Shown here in pieces: positions 24,878-35,898 of a DNA stretch of 64,000 nucleotides; positions within the stretch are counted from its first letter, which is position 1; each line of letters opens with the position of its first letter. Position numbers and translations under genes: made by a program. This DNA comes from a virus: the IMG/VR virus record IMGVR_UViG_3300023435_000659, positions 4,060 to 68,059 of that record; one strand, written 5' to 3'. The notes below the pieces were generated by a model. It was not told the DNA's origin and made no database searches. It was given only the letters and a program-made list of their open reading frames with translations.

Positions 24878-26704
24878 ATGGCTGAATTTGCAATCAAGAT
24901 CGGCGACAGCGATAGCTACGATGACAAGGACATCATCGCCGCCTTCAGCGACCGGCATATCCAAGCCACGCACATGCAGCACCTTACGCACAAGCGGCTT
25001 GCCACGAAGAACGGCCATGGCTTGATGTTGCCCGGCTCGCTTATCCAGGCTCGGCTGGAGCGGGTAAGTGAGTTCCGATTCGAGCGGATAGACAAACGTA
25101 TGGTGCAAAGAATCGTCATTGCAACAAGCGAAGTTCAAAGCCTTAGTCATACGCCGAACGCGGCCGGCGAGTACATGGACGTTGTGGAGTTCGTTGCTCG
25201 GCGGTTGCGGTTCGCCAAGAAACCAATGTTTGGCCGCCCCGGTCGCGAAGTCTGGTACGGCGGCAACACAGACTATAGCCAAGCGGCCGTGGATGACGTT
25301 TGGCATCACATTGAAACGCATACCGAACACCGCAAGGCGAATTACGATCTATTCCCTGCCGGTACACGCGACCTGATAGATCATTTTTTCATCAAGACCG
25401 ACGCCTTTGACGATGCGACGGCGGATGAGTTGGTGGCTCCACTGCTTGACGACAAGGATGAGTTGGTGGCTCCACTGCTTGACGACAAGGACGAGACAAT
25501 CAAGAAACGCAAGCACCAGGTCAAGTGGGACGAGTTGCCGGGTATCTCAGCCAAGTCACGAGACGATATCCGCAACAAGAACAAGAGCGTGGACGGTAGA
25601 CGCAAGGGCAGTTTCAAGCGTGCTGATATCGTAGTCGTAAAATCCCTGATGGCAACAATCACCAAGAGCATCGGCACGTCAGCAGACCCAGCCCGCGACT
25701 ACAGCACAATAACGTTGTGGGAGGCTGCGTTGGGTGGTGCTGCCGGTGGTGCTGGTAATGACGCTGATGGCGAGTGCTATGCCGACAGCGATTTTGACGA
25801 AGATGTCGTGCTCGATGACGCAACACCAGACAGCATACTATTGACTGTACCAGAAGCAGAACGACACGATGGTACAGCCGATTCTGGTGTGAGGGTGCTG
25901 TGCAGCACAAGTCGTGGTCTCAATGTCACTACCAATGTCCCAACTATAGTGGAATGGTTAGAATGGGATGTAAATGGAAATCCACCAGACCATACGACTT
26001 ATTCTATATTCAAGTCTTCCGGAGATGACCCTACATTTAGAAACAATATCCTCCATGATGTATATGAAGACCCAAGCGGTTCCAATACAAGGGGAATTCT
26101 CATAGGTGACCCCGGAGTAGTCACTAATAATATCATCTATGATTTACAATCAGATGGGACTGCCAATAGGCATATGCATGGAATTCTAGTTGGTTCATCG
26201 TCTGGCGATGCTGCGTCGATTTACAACAACACTGTTTGGAATATCCGTCGAGAATCAACAGCAGGTAACGTGTGGGGTATCAGTATAGATGATGATGTTG
26301 TGGTTAAAGTTGCCAAAAATAACATCGCAATGGGTATCTCTGCTTTCAGTGGCACGGAACTTTGCTTTGAGAATATCTCTGGATACACGAATAGTGTTTT
26401 TGATTACAACTTGTCATCCGATGATTCACTTCCAGATGCTTTACACAATGTCGAAAGCAAAGCAGCAGCAAACCAATTCATTTCAACTGTAGATGGTAGT
26501 GAAGACCTGCACCTGAAAGCTGGAGCCGATGCAATTGGAGCAGGAACAGACCTCGGCACAACGCCAGATGGCGTGCAGTACGACATTAACAATTTCGACA
26601 GGCACACGGCGGCTGTGGTCTGGGACATCGGAGCGGATCAGTACGTTGCGGTCGTTTCCGGCAACCCATGGTATTACTACGCTCAACAAGGGGCAGCGGC
26701 ATGA
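24878..26704 (+). CDS. Two-part protein with C-terminal parallel beta-helix (tailspike/pectin-lyase-like)
   Basis: FRNNILHD, VTNNIIYD, IYNNTVWN, KNNIA, DLHLK...DIGADQY; 33-nt duplication (DELVAPLLDDK x2). Confidence 0.7.
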   Translation: MAEFAIKIGDSDSYDDKDIIAAFSDRHIQATHMQHLTHKRLATKNGHGLMLPGSLIQARLERVSEFRFERIDKRMVQRIVIATSEVQSLSHTPNAAGEYMDVVEFVARRLRFAKKPMFGRPGREVWYGGNTDYSQAAVDDVWHHIETHTEHRKANYDLFPAGTRDLIDHFFIKTDAFDDATADELVAPLLDDKDELVAPLLDDKDETIKKRKHQVKWDELPGISAKSRDDIRNKNKSVDGRRKGSFKRADIVVVKSLMATITKSIGTSADPARDYSTITLWEAALGGAAGGAGNDADGECYADSDFDEDVVLDDATPDSILLTVPEAERHDGTADSGVRVLCSTSRGLNVTTNVPTIVEWLEWDVNGNPPDHTTYSIFKSSGDDPTFRNNILHDVYEDPSGSNTRGILIGDPGVVTNNIIYDLQSDGTANRHMHGILVGSSSGDAASIYNNTVWNIRRESTAGNVWGISIDDDVVVKVAKNNIAMGISAFSGTELCFENISGYTNSVFDYNLSSDDSLPDALHNVESKAAANQFISTVDGSEDLHLKAGADAIGAGTDLGTTPDGVQYDINNFDRHTAAVVWDIGADQYVAVVSGNPWYYYAQQGAAA

Positions 26705-29700
26705 GTACGATATGGATGGATGTGGACGCAGCACTTGCCGAGGTGCCGGTGAACGTGGCGCCCTTGATTTCCGACAGTGATTTCAAAACTGTTGATGAGG
26801 GGATAGCCTACAACGAATCTAATATGGCGTTGTACTGGCATTTTACAACCACTGCCGGAGCAACAACCGTAACGGCGGTGACACCCACAACCAGTGGTCT
26901 ACACGATTGGGCTCATCAAGACCATGGGATGTACGCCATCGAGATCCCAACAGCCAGTGGAGATATCAACAATACAGAAGAGGGCTTTGGGTACTTCACT
27001 GGCGTTTGTGATGCGGTGTTGCCGTGGCGTGGGCCGACGATTGGGTTCAGGGCTGCCGCGATCAATAATCTCATGATCGACGACGCCGACCTGCTGACCG
27101 AAGTGATGTTCAACGATATCGTCTACGTGGACGACTCTGGCACGGCAGGCACGACGTGGCCGACCGGGTTGGCGTTCCAGCCGACGACCACGGTCGCGAG
27201 CGGCAAGGACATCGCCGACGCGATCAACATTAGACGACTCCACATCCACGGCTCGCATACGCTGGGCGAGGCGATGGAGCACTGGGCGTTCATCGCCGAC
27301 GGGCACATCGACACAGGCGACCTGTTCACACTGGGCGGTCAGAGCGTCGAGCATAGCACATTCGCGGGGATGATTATCACCGGGGCGATGGGGAGCACCA
27401 AGGGTGTGGCGAACGCCTGCCAGGCCATCGACTCCGCCGTCTATGCGGTGACGGACATGAACGCCTTGGTTCGCAACGGCTCCATAAGCGGGGCCTGCTC
27501 GATCCTTGATGACGGCTGGTTCGAGGCCGTTGATTGCAACTTCGGCTCACTGCTCGCCTGCACGCTGACAGTGCAAGGCTTGGGGGCAGGGTCGCATCTT
27601 CACATCCACGGAATGGGCGGGGAACTGACGCTGGCCGGAATGACTGAAGGGTCGGCCCAGATCGACATGAAGGCCGGGGCCGTGCTTATCATTGACAACA
27701 CCTGCTCGGCTGGTGCGCTAACGGTCACAGGCGACGGCACGGTCACGGGCACTGGCACTGGCACCTTCGCGTTGACGATCACGAAGCCGGTGGCGAACGC
27801 GGTTCAACTGGCGGGCGGAACCCAAAGCCTGACCGACCTGAAGGACTTCGCTGACACGGGCTATAATCCGGAAACGCACGCCGCAAATGCAGATATGATT
27901 ATGATTCACGGCTCCAACCTTACGGAAACCCCCGGACAACTTGCCGGGCGGTTCGTGAATTTCTTCGATCAGTCGGCGGCGGCGTACAATGTCAAAACAG
28001 CCCTTGCCGATTTCAAGGCAACAGGCTTTGCAACACCGACAAACATTACAGCGGGAACCATCACTACCGTTACGACCCTGAGCAACCTTCCGGCGTGCCC
28101 CGCCGATTGGCTCGACGCGGCTGGTATTAAAACAGGGGCGTTTTCCGCAGATGCCTTTGCTGCTGATGCTCTCGTGGCCGCTACGTTTGCTGCTTCTTCG
28201 CTGGACGGGAAGGGTGACTGGAGCACGGTAGTTCCTGATGCTGCGGGCGTTGTAGCGACAGCGCTGGGTAATCTCGAAACGCATGGCGATAGCACATGGG
28301 CAACGGCCACGGGGTTTTCTACTCACACGGCTGCCAACGTATTGACGGAGTTCGGCACGGGTTCTACGCTTACGGACTGCGCTACCGCAACGGGATTCAA
28401 TACGACCGTACCTGACGCTGCTGGCGTGGTAGCAACGGCACTCGGGTTACTCGAAACGCATGGAGACAGCGACTGGAAAACGGCCACGGGGTTCAGCACA
28501 CACGCGGCGGCAGACGTGTACACCGCCTTCGGGACCGGGGCCAATCTCACGACTTGTGCTACGGCAACCAGCACAACGTGCTCGGACAAGACCGGCTTTT
28601 CCGTCTCGCAAACCGGACTCGATGCGGTGCTCAAGACGACTACCTTCGCGTTGGCAATGGCCGATGCTACGTGGGATGAGGCGATCGCAGGCCACGCCAC
28701 CGGGACCACGTTCGGCGGGAAGAACCAGAAGGTTGTGCCCTCAGAGACGATTGACGATTACAAGGCGATCGGGTTCTCGACGCACAACGCGGCGGCGGTA
28801 TGGACGACAGGCAGTCGGGCACTGTCAACGCCAGCCGATTACAAAGCGGACGTATCGGCACTTGCCCTAGAGGCGTCGCTGTCCGACGGCTCGGTTACGC
28901 TACACAGCGACTACGATGCAGCGAAGACGGCTTACACCGGCACGCCGCCAACAGCCGACGCAATCACTACGGCAGTGTGGGCAGCGGGTACTCGCACGCT
29001 TACTTCATTCGGTTCGCTGGTCGCTGACATTGCAACGGCCGTTTGGGCGGCGACGACGCGCACGCTTACGGCGTTTGGTTTCACTGTGGTTACCGATGCC
29101 GCAAGTCGCACGGCAAGCAAGGCAACCGGATTCAGTACGCATACCGCGGCGGCCGTCAAGACGGAAATGGAAGCCGACGGATCCAAGCTCGACCATCTGT
29201 GGGAGATGACGGAAGACGACGACGGCACGCGACGGTTGACCGAAAACGCCCTCGAAGAGGCACCGGCGGGCGGCGGTGCTACGGCCGAAGAAGTCAGGAT
29301 CGAAATGGACAGCAACAGTACGCAGTTTGCAGCCATTGTCGAGGACACCAACGAACTGCAAACCGATTGGCTCAATGGCGGCCGGTTGGACAATCTCCTG
29401 GATACAGCGGCAAGTAGAGGAAGTAGTTCAACCGGCGAGGGAGCCTACACTGGCACACTGATCGTAGATGATGGCGAGGGGAACGGCCTTGCGGGTGCTG
29501 TGGTTGTCGCCCGCCGAAGCGGCATAGTGAAAGCCAGCGGTACGACAGACGATGATGGGCAGATTACTGACTGGGTATTTGACGCTTACACTTACGACTT
29601 GGCCGTGCGACTAGATAGTTACCAGCCGACAACAGATACTCTTGCAGTAAGTGCCGACGACTGGGAAAAGACGATCAGTTTGAGCGCCATGTCCATTACG

Positions 29701-30015
29701 TCGCCGAGTGCAATTTCGTTGTGTACGGTCCAGTTCCGTGTAATGCTTTCAGCCACGGCAGTAGAGGGAGCCGTCTGCAAGGCCAAGCTGCAAGGTATCA
29801 ATCAAGCATCGGATGGAACACTCCTGTCCAATGAAGAATTGTCCAGCACCACCAGTGCCCTCGGTGTGGCGGAATTGCAATTGGTCCGCAAAGACTCAAT
29901 CGTCAAGGGCAACGGCATCTACAAAATCTGGGTCGAGATTGCCGGGAAGCCGGTAGCCAGTGTGGAAACAACCATTCCTGGGCAAAGTGTCATATTGTTT
30001 GAAGACTTATTATAG
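26701..30015 (+). CDS. Large Ala/Thr-rich virion fibre/surface protein
   Basis: ATGA overlap; repeated ATGFSTH and AVW...TRTLT motifs; C-terminal carboxypeptidase-regulatory-like (GTTDDDG) domains. Confidence 0.7.
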   Translation: MSTIWMDVDAALAEVPVNVAPLISDSDFKTVDEGIAYNESNMALYWHFTTTAGATTVTAVTPTTSGLHDWAHQDHGMYAIEIPTASGDINNTEEGFGYFTGVCDAVLPWRGPTIGFRAAAINNLMIDDADLLTEVMFNDIVYVDDSGTAGTTWPTGLAFQPTTTVASGKDIADAINIRRLHIHGSHTLGEAMEHWAFIADGHIDTGDLFTLGGQSVEHSTFAGMIITGAMGSTKGVANACQAIDSAVYAVTDMNALVRNGSISGACSILDDGWFEAVDCNFGSLLACTLTVQGLGAGSHLHIHGMGGELTLAGMTEGSAQIDMKAGAVLIIDNTCSAGALTVTGDGTVTGTGTGTFALTITKPVANAVQLAGGTQSLTDLKDFADTGYNPETHAANADMIMIHGSNLTETPGQLAGRFVNFFDQSAAAYNVKTALADFKATGFATPTNITAGTITTVTTLSNLPACPADWLDAAGIKTGAFSADAFAADALVAATFAASSLDGKGDWSTVVPDAAGVVATALGNLETHGDSTWATATGFSTHTAANVLTEFGTGSTLTDCATATGFNTTVPDAAGVVATALGLLETHGDSDWKTATGFSTHAAADVYTAFGTGANLTTCATATSTTCSDKTGFSVSQTGLDAVLKTTTFALAMADATWDEAIAGHATGTTFGGKNQKVVPSETIDDYKAIGFSTHNAAAVWTTGSRALSTPADYKADVSALALEASLSDGSVTLHSDYDAAKTAYTGTPPTADAITTAVWAAGTRTLTSFGSLVADIATAVWAATTRTLTAFGFTVVTDAASRTASKATGFSTHTAAAVKTEMEADGSKLDHLWEMTEDDDGTRRLTENALEEAPAGGGATAEEVRIEMDSNSTQFAAIVEDTNELQTDWLNGGRLDNLLDTAASRGSSSTGEGAYTGTLIVDDGEGNGLAGAVVVARRSGIVKASGTTDDDGQITDWVFDAYTYDLAVRLDSYQPTTDTLAVSADDWEKTISLSAMSITSPSAISLCTVQFRVMLSATAVEGAVCKAKLQGINQASDGTLLSNEELSSTTSALGVAELQLVRKDSIVKGNGIYKIWVEIAGKPVASVETTIPGQSVILFEDLL

Positions 30016-30025
30016 GAGTGTAATC

Positions 30026-30487
30026 ATGCCGACCGTTCAGCTATATCAGTATTTTTGCGTGACTATTGACGGCAACCCAATTCGGGGCGGATCACTGTCA
30101 GAAGCCAAAAGCATCACCCTGGCCGACGGCGAGATTTCCGACCAGATATTCAAGGTGGCTCCGGAAACAGCCGTCAAAATCTGGGACAAGACCGAGAACG
30201 AAGCCATGGGAAATTTCGATTTCCTATGGCTGGAGACGGACCTGGACGTGTTAGTGCAGTTCACTACTGACGCCGGGACGACAGACGCCTACGACGTGAA
30301 AGAACTCAAGGGTTCTGGCAAGGCCGGCCAAATGGGGCCTGCTCTTAACTTGGGTTCCGATATCACAAAACTCCTCGACGGCTCGATTGATACGTTCGAC
30401 GGGACCGCCGACACGATTGACGAAATCTGGGTGCATAATTCTGACGACACGAATACAGCCCGCGTGCGAAGGGTGGTGGCAACATGA
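30026..30487 (+). CDS. Hypothetical structural protein
   Basis: AGGAG RBS. Confidence 0.65.
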   Translation: MPTVQLYQYFCVTIDGNPIRGGSLSEAKSITLADGEISDQIFKVAPETAVKIWDKTENEAMGNFDFLWLETDLDVLVQFTTDAGTTDAYDVKELKGSGKAGQMGPALNLGSDITKLLDGSIDTFDGTADTIDEIWVHNSDDTNTARVRRVVAT

Positions 30488-31227
30488 GCGAAACAACCGA
30501 TTACGATTTGGTCAAGACCGAGATCGCCAGTTTTATTGGCACCCCTGAACAACGATGGGACAGCCGAACCGCTATCGACGTGGAGTCTGCTATCCGCAAG
30601 GGGATTGAGGCAGTGGTCCACAATAGCCTCCATCAATGGTCGTGGATGCGCCCGACGTACCGGTTCCAAACGGCTGATGGCCAGCGTCGACACACACTGC
30701 CCTTGGACTTTGAGCAGTTCATTGATGCGATTTACTTCGATGGGGACAACTACACTTATCCGGCAATCAAGCAATTGCCGTCCAGCCGCTTGGCTCAGAT
30801 GTATGGCGAGTACAACAACACTGGCGTTCCGACAAACTATGCCCTGGAAGTTCTGGCCCATGACGGATCGACACAGCAGCACCAGCAACTCGTTCTTCAC
30901 CCGACGCCAGATGGCGAATACACTCTTGTTGGCCCGTATCAGGTCGGACCGATTCGGAATCTGGATACGGCACGGCCATGGTTTCCCGGCGGGCCGGAGA
31001 ATCGGGAGCTATTCATCGCAGCATGTTTGGCAGCAGCAGAATCAAAGTTCCTGGACGGGCCAGCGACCGACAAGCAGGACCAGTTCCAATCTGCGCTGGT
31101 AGCTGCAATCAGCCGCGATCACAAGAGGCAACCGAGAAACCTCAGCCAGATGGGAAGGCGAGGGCAGGGGCGTGATTCTTACCGATACAAGTTGGGGACA
31201 ACTTATCTTGGGGACCAAGATGTTTGA
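30484..31227 (+). CDS. Head-tail adaptor / tail tubular protein A-like
   Basis: HQWSWM...HTLPLDF...TGVPTNY...LHPTPDGEYTL. Confidence 0.72.
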   Translation: MSETTDYDLVKTEIASFIGTPEQRWDSRTAIDVESAIRKGIEAVVHNSLHQWSWMRPTYRFQTADGQRRHTLPLDFEQFIDAIYFDGDNYTYPAIKQLPSSRLAQMYGEYNNTGVPTNYALEVLAHDGSTQQHQQLVLHPTPDGEYTLVGPYQVGPIRNLDTARPWFPGGPENRELFIAACLAAAESKFLDGPATDKQDQFQSALVAAISRDHKRQPRNLSQMGRRGQGRDSYRYKLGTTYLGDQDV

Positions 31228-31242
31228 TCGAAAGGGCTGCTG

Positions 31243-32337
31243 ATGCCGCCTAAAGTTAAAACGTGGGAGTTGAGATGGCCGTCCATGGGCGTTGCTAGGC
31301 GGCAGGTCCATGAGCGAGTTGCAGCCGCCGTTTCGTATTCGACCCCCTGGGCCATGAATTGTCGCTTGGAAGATAGCTTGACCAACCGCCTCCGCGGCGG
31401 CTCATTTACTGCGATTGACGCAGGCGATAGGGAAGACCTGGTGTACCGTGACCGCCTATTGACAATCGACGGCAACGTAATCCAGGTCAGCCGACAGGGA
31501 GACCATTCCAACTTTGATTACAGCAAGGACATCTCCGATATTATGCGGGCAACCCGGTTTCAATTGTCGGAAGCCGGAGAAATCGGTGATGATGTAGTGG
31601 CTCTGATCCCTCACAAGGATTCATTCTTGCTTGGCTTCACTGCGGGCGAAACATGGGTACAGCGCGGGGATCCATTAACCGGTTCGCAACGAAACATATC
31701 CCGCGAAATCGGAATTATCGCTTCCGGGGCGTGGTGTACGGATCACGACACGGCGTACTTTCTATCTTCACGCGGGCTGTATTCAGTCAGTGTAGACGGG
31801 AGTGGGCTAAAGGCACTGTCTGAAGGCAAGATACCAGAGGATTTGGTGGGGCTGGAAGACGATGATTGCACGTTGACCTACAATCATGCTGATCGAGGCG
31901 TCTATATTCATTTGTCCGAAGGTGTCTCCTGGTTCTACAGTACGGAGGGAGACCAGTTTTGGCCGTTCGATCTGGATACGACAGACAACCATGTGCTAAT
32001 TGGCCCATTGCGTATCGGAGGGCCAAATCTTTTTGGCATAATCCAGACGCTACACGGCATGATGGCAGCCGATAGTGCAACTGTGCGGTGGCGGATAGTC
32101 GCAGGCAATACGGCAGAGGAGGTCTGCGATAACGGTAAGGCTGCTATTACTGCTGCATTGGATGGAAGCAGCTTTGATGAGTATTATGATGCAAGTGGCG
32201 CGTGGGAAGCAGGTAGATCCCATACGGCTTGGCCTCGCGTGAGGGCGCCCTGGGCTATCCTGTGGTTGAGTAGCAGTGATTCGTGGGCCTACGAAGGAAT
32301 AACAATGGAGTCTGCTCCTTTCGGAAAGTGGAGATAA
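31243..32337 (+). CDS. Tail nozzle / tubular protein B-like (beta-propeller)
   Basis: Follows adaptor; ISREIGI...YFLSSRGLY...LSE.KI motifs of P22 gp10-like proteins. Confidence 0.65.
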   Translation: MPPKVKTWELRWPSMGVARRQVHERVAAAVSYSTPWAMNCRLEDSLTNRLRGGSFTAIDAGDREDLVYRDRLLTIDGNVIQVSRQGDHSNFDYSKDISDIMRATRFQLSEAGEIGDDVVALIPHKDSFLLGFTAGETWVQRGDPLTGSQRNISREIGIIASGAWCTDHDTAYFLSSRGLYSVSVDGSGLKALSEGKIPEDLVGLEDDDCTLTYNHADRGVYIHLSEGVSWFYSTEGDQFWPFDLDTTDNHVLIGPLRIGGPNLFGIIQTLHGMMAADSATVRWRIVAGNTAEEVCDNGKAAITAALDGSSFDEYYDASGAWEAGRSHTAWPRVRAPWAILWLSSSDSWAYEGITMESAPFGKWR

Positions 32338-32340
32338 AAC

Positions 32341-35300
32341 ATGACCGTCCCAACAGTACCATGGCAGCCGCCCGCGCAAAGCGAAATTGTTTTCCCAGAT
32401 GCGCTAACGCCATATTCAGCATTATGGTGGACTTCTCAATCTGTCACGCAGATTCCGTCTGATACAGTTGGCTGGCTGGTGGCTCAGGGGTGGCAAATTG
32501 TTTCAGTTGATTATGACGAGGCTGCACGTCCCCCTACGCCTTACTATACACTGCAACGAAACTCGATGCAGAACTGGGGCATACTCCAAACGCTCCTGAA
32601 CTCATGGACCGTGGCGTACAACGACGCGCGGTGGGCGAATTCACTTCGCTACAATCAGATCGTGGCAAACTGGAGCGAATTGCTCACCACTAGCCAAACG
32701 CAGTTCGAGGCTGGAACAGGACAGCAGAATGCGCATGCGGCGATCTATATGGGTGACTTGGATGCGTACATGAATCAGGTGGATGCGCTCATTGATGCGA
32801 ACGAGGCTCAAATTGTAGCCGATGCAGCTACGGCCACAATAGCCTTGACCGCACTGGACGCCAAGCTCGCTGACCTTGAAGTCAATGTCACCACTAATGT
32901 CTCGACGATCAATGGCTTACTAGACAACCAAACACTGTATCTCGGTAGTTTCCTGACGGATTTTGCCATCAAACTGACGGAGTTGAACACAAACTATTCC
33001 ACTCATACTATTGCGATCGAATCGTTGCTGACTAATTCGACAACGCAGTTGGCGACATTTATCGCAGATCAGACACCAAAGCTCAGCCAGTTGGAAACGG
33101 AAGAGTCGAATGCACGCATGGCGGTAGAATCGCTTCTGGCCGGCGAAGCATCGTCCTTGGCAACGCACCTTATCAGTCACGCGGCAAAAATGAGTGAGGC
33201 GGGGCCACATGGCGATGCTACGCGGATAGGCGTGGAAGCATTATTGTCGGGTGAGGTTGAGTCCTTGGCGGCACACCTTATCGACTATACCGTGAAGCTG
33301 GCAGAGCCGGAACCGCACGGTGATACCACACGAACGGACGTAGAGGCGATACTGACTGGTGAAGTTTCGTCACTGGCAACACACCTCGTTGATTACGCCG
33401 CTAAATTGGCTGAACCGAAGCCGCACGGTGATACCACACGAACGGATGTGGAAGCGATATTGGCTGGCGAGGTTTCGTCATTGGCAACACATCTCGTTGA
33501 GTATGACGTAAAGCTGGCCGAGCCGAAGCCGCACGGTGATACCACACGAACGGATGTGGAAGCGATATTGGCTGGCGAGGTTTCGTCATTGGCAACACAT
33601 CTCGTTGACCATGCGGCGAAAATGAACGAAGCGGAGCCGCACGGCAACATAACGCGAGCGGCGGTAGAGGCGTTAATCACCACGAAATCGGAGGCGATGA
33701 CTACTTACTTGGCGAATTATGCTGCTGCAATAGCGCTTTTAGCAACCGATTTTGTTGCACATCATGCAGAATCCATTACGGATCAGGCAGATGCTCTGAC
33801 CCAACTGAATACGCACATCACGGCCTACGAGTCACATCTGCCAATCTTGGCTGCCAACTATACCGATCACGCCACCACAGTTGATGGGCTGCTGACTACA
33901 GCCAAGAGCGACCTGACAGACTATGCCACACAAACGGAATTGCTACTAGCAACACTCCTGGACGATTACGCCGGCATCGAAACAGAAATTGACGCTTTGC
34001 TGGCCGAAGGTTCATCCACGATTACAGCGCATGCCGCCGATTACAATACGGTACTTGGGCTATTGGAGCCAGATCATACCACGCATACGGTTACTGCGAC
34101 CGCGTTTTTGGATAATCTCGGCGTGACGGAATTGGCGCGAATCCACGAAGCATTCAACGCAACGCTATCGACACAAACGCAACAGTTGGTAGACCGGGGC
34201 ACGTATTCTTCCGATATAGCCGCAGACATTACCGCTAGAAACGCACGCGACCGCAACGAAGAGATTGTTGCCCTGAACGATCGGCTAATGCGCGAGCAGT
34301 GGGAGAATCAGCACAAGCTGTATGAGCAGCAAGTCGCAATGCGGGGCCGCACCCTAGACGGGAAGGATCGGGTGTATAACCTTCGGCAGGACGTGCTGCG
34401 ATACCACGCCACCCAGATAACCGGCGTATATGCCATGCTCCAGGACGTTCGCAACCGAACCCTCGGCGCTAGGCAGGGAATCTATGGGGCTCGGGACGCC
34501 AATTCCCGGCTTAATATCGAAGTGCAGGCAGGGCTTTATTCCAATCTACAGGATGTGCGGATCAGAACCATGGAGGCAGCGGATCGGGTTTATCAACTTC
34601 GAGATGCTTTGTCGAAATGGGCAAACGAAGAATTGCACCGCCTCTATGGCGAGCAACTTCAAGTGCGGCTCAAAGCAGCAGAAGCAATAGACCGTCAACA
34701 TGCCGTTCAGCAGGAAATCCTGAACGCAGAGGAATTGTCGCGAATGCGGTTGCATGAGCAACTGATGGACGAGATTCGCTTGGTACTGGACGGTCTGGAT
34801 CGCGAGCGGGCAGCCACATCTGACGTCGCAAAGACGGGGATAACTACCAAGCAGCAATTGCACGATCAGCTAATGAATGAAGTTCGATTGGTCTTGGACG
34901 GCCTTGATCGCGAACGGGCGGCCATATCTGATGTTGCAAAGACCGCCATGACCACCAAGCAGCAGTTGCATGAGCAGTTGATGAGCGAAGTTCGATTGAT
35001 GTTAGACGGCTTGGATCGCGAGCGGGCAGCTACGTCCGATGTTGCAAAAACCGGGATGACTACCAAACAACAGTTGCATGAGCAGTTGATGAACGAGGTC
35101 CGGCTGGTACTGGATGGGCTAGATCGCAAACGGGCAGCTACGTCTGATGTTGCGAAAACAGGAATGACCACCAAGCAGCAATTGCACGAACAACTGATGA
35201 ACGAGGTCCGGCTGGTACTGGATGGGCTAGATCGCGAGCGGGCAGCTACGTCCGATGTTGCAAAGACCGGGATGGTCACTCACGAGCGACTGTTTTCAGC

Positions 35301-35841
35301 GATACAGGGTGTGCTGGCAATGCTCCTCGACAAGCTCGAAAAGAAGCATGGCCTATCGGTGGACGTGTGGCGGAATGAGGCAAATCAGCGGGATCGCTTG
35401 CTGGAACAAATTCAGGCGGTTGTGTCGCAGCATATCGCCGGTATCGACCGGCAGCACGCGGCTCAACAGGATGTATCTCGCATTGCCATGTCCGAGCGGG
35501 ATACACTGCTGGGTCAGCTTCAGGATGCCGTAAAGGGTGTGTTGGCCGGCAAGGAGCGCTATGCAGCTATGACTATGCAGAACGCCCTGGCATTGTCGGA
35601 ACACCGGCACCGCATGGTGGTCGAGAAGATGAACGAATACGCAGTTAGGCTGGAGGGGCTGCAAGGGAAACACACCGAAGACATGCAGTTAATGGCCTAC
35701 CAGTTGGACGAACGAAACAAATTGTTGATCGGTCTCTATGGCTTCGTCGAAAGGCGAGAAGATGTGGGACCGAGTATTGAAGACCTAGCTAAGATTTGTA
35801 CTAGCCTCGGCGACAGCGGCGGGGGCTGGTTGACGCCGTAG
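32341..35841 (+). CDS. Long alpha-helical putative DNA-ejection protein with paired 36-aa repeats
   Basis: Helical composition; central LVDRGTYSS; two blocks of five 108-bp repeats. Confidence 0.7.
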   Translation: MTVPTVPWQPPAQSEIVFPDALTPYSALWWTSQSVTQIPSDTVGWLVAQGWQIVSVDYDEAARPPTPYYTLQRNSMQNWGILQTLLNSWTVAYNDARWANSLRYNQIVANWSELLTTSQTQFEAGTGQQNAHAAIYMGDLDAYMNQVDALIDANEAQIVADAATATIALTALDAKLADLEVNVTTNVSTINGLLDNQTLYLGSFLTDFAIKLTELNTNYSTHTIAIESLLTNSTTQLATFIADQTPKLSQLETEESNARMAVESLLAGEASSLATHLISHAAKMSEAGPHGDATRIGVEALLSGEVESLAAHLIDYTVKLAEPEPHGDTTRTDVEAILTGEVSSLATHLVDYAAKLAEPKPHGDTTRTDVEAILAGEVSSLATHLVEYDVKLAEPKPHGDTTRTDVEAILAGEVSSLATHLVDHAAKMNEAEPHGNITRAAVEALITTKSEAMTTYLANYAAAIALLATDFVAHHAESITDQADALTQLNTHITAYESHLPILAANYTDHATTVDGLLTTAKSDLTDYATQTELLLATLLDDYAGIETEIDALLAEGSSTITAHAADYNTVLGLLEPDHTTHTVTATAFLDNLGVTELARIHEAFNATLSTQTQQLVDRGTYSSDIAADITARNARDRNEEIVALNDRLMREQWENQHKLYEQQVAMRGRTLDGKDRVYNLRQDVLRYHATQITGVYAMLQDVRNRTLGARQGIYGARDANSRLNIEVQAGLYSNLQDVRIRTMEAADRVYQLRDALSKWANEELHRLYGEQLQVRLKAAEAIDRQHAVQQEILNAEELSRMRLHEQLMDEIRLVLDGLDRERAATSDVAKTGITTKQQLHDQLMNEVRLVLDGLDRERAAISDVAKTAMTTKQQLHEQLMSEVRLMLDGLDRERAATSDVAKTGMTTKQQLHEQLMNEVRLVLDGLDRKRAATSDVAKTGMTTKQQLHEQLMNEVRLVLDGLDRERAATSDVAKTGMVTHERLFSAIQGVLAMLLDKLEKKHGLSVDVWRNEANQRDRLLEQIQAVVSQHIAGIDRQHAAQQDVSRIAMSERDTLLGQLQDAVKGVLAGKERYAAMTMQNALALSEHRHRMVVEKMNEYAVRLEGLQGKHTEDMQLMAYQLDERNKLLIGLYGFVERREDVGPSIEDLAKICTSLGDSGGGWLTP
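33121..33660 (+). repeat. 5 x 108-bp tandem repeat, block A
   Basis: CCGCACGGTGATACCACACGAACGGA recurs at 33313, 33421 and 33529. Confidence 0.92.
34750..35289 (+). repeat. 5 x 108-bp tandem repeat, block B
   Basis: TTGCAY (LH) at 34750, 34858, 34966, 35074 and 35182. Confidence 0.92.
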
Positions 35842-35898
35842 GGAGGCAAGGGGTTTTGCTTTGGATTTTTAATTTGTCAAGCATATAGGAGATGAATT

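Noticed and set aside
33121-35289. Regularly spaced repeats as a possible CRISPR array
   Set aside because: They are in-frame coding tandem repeats with no unique spacers, and there are no cas genes.
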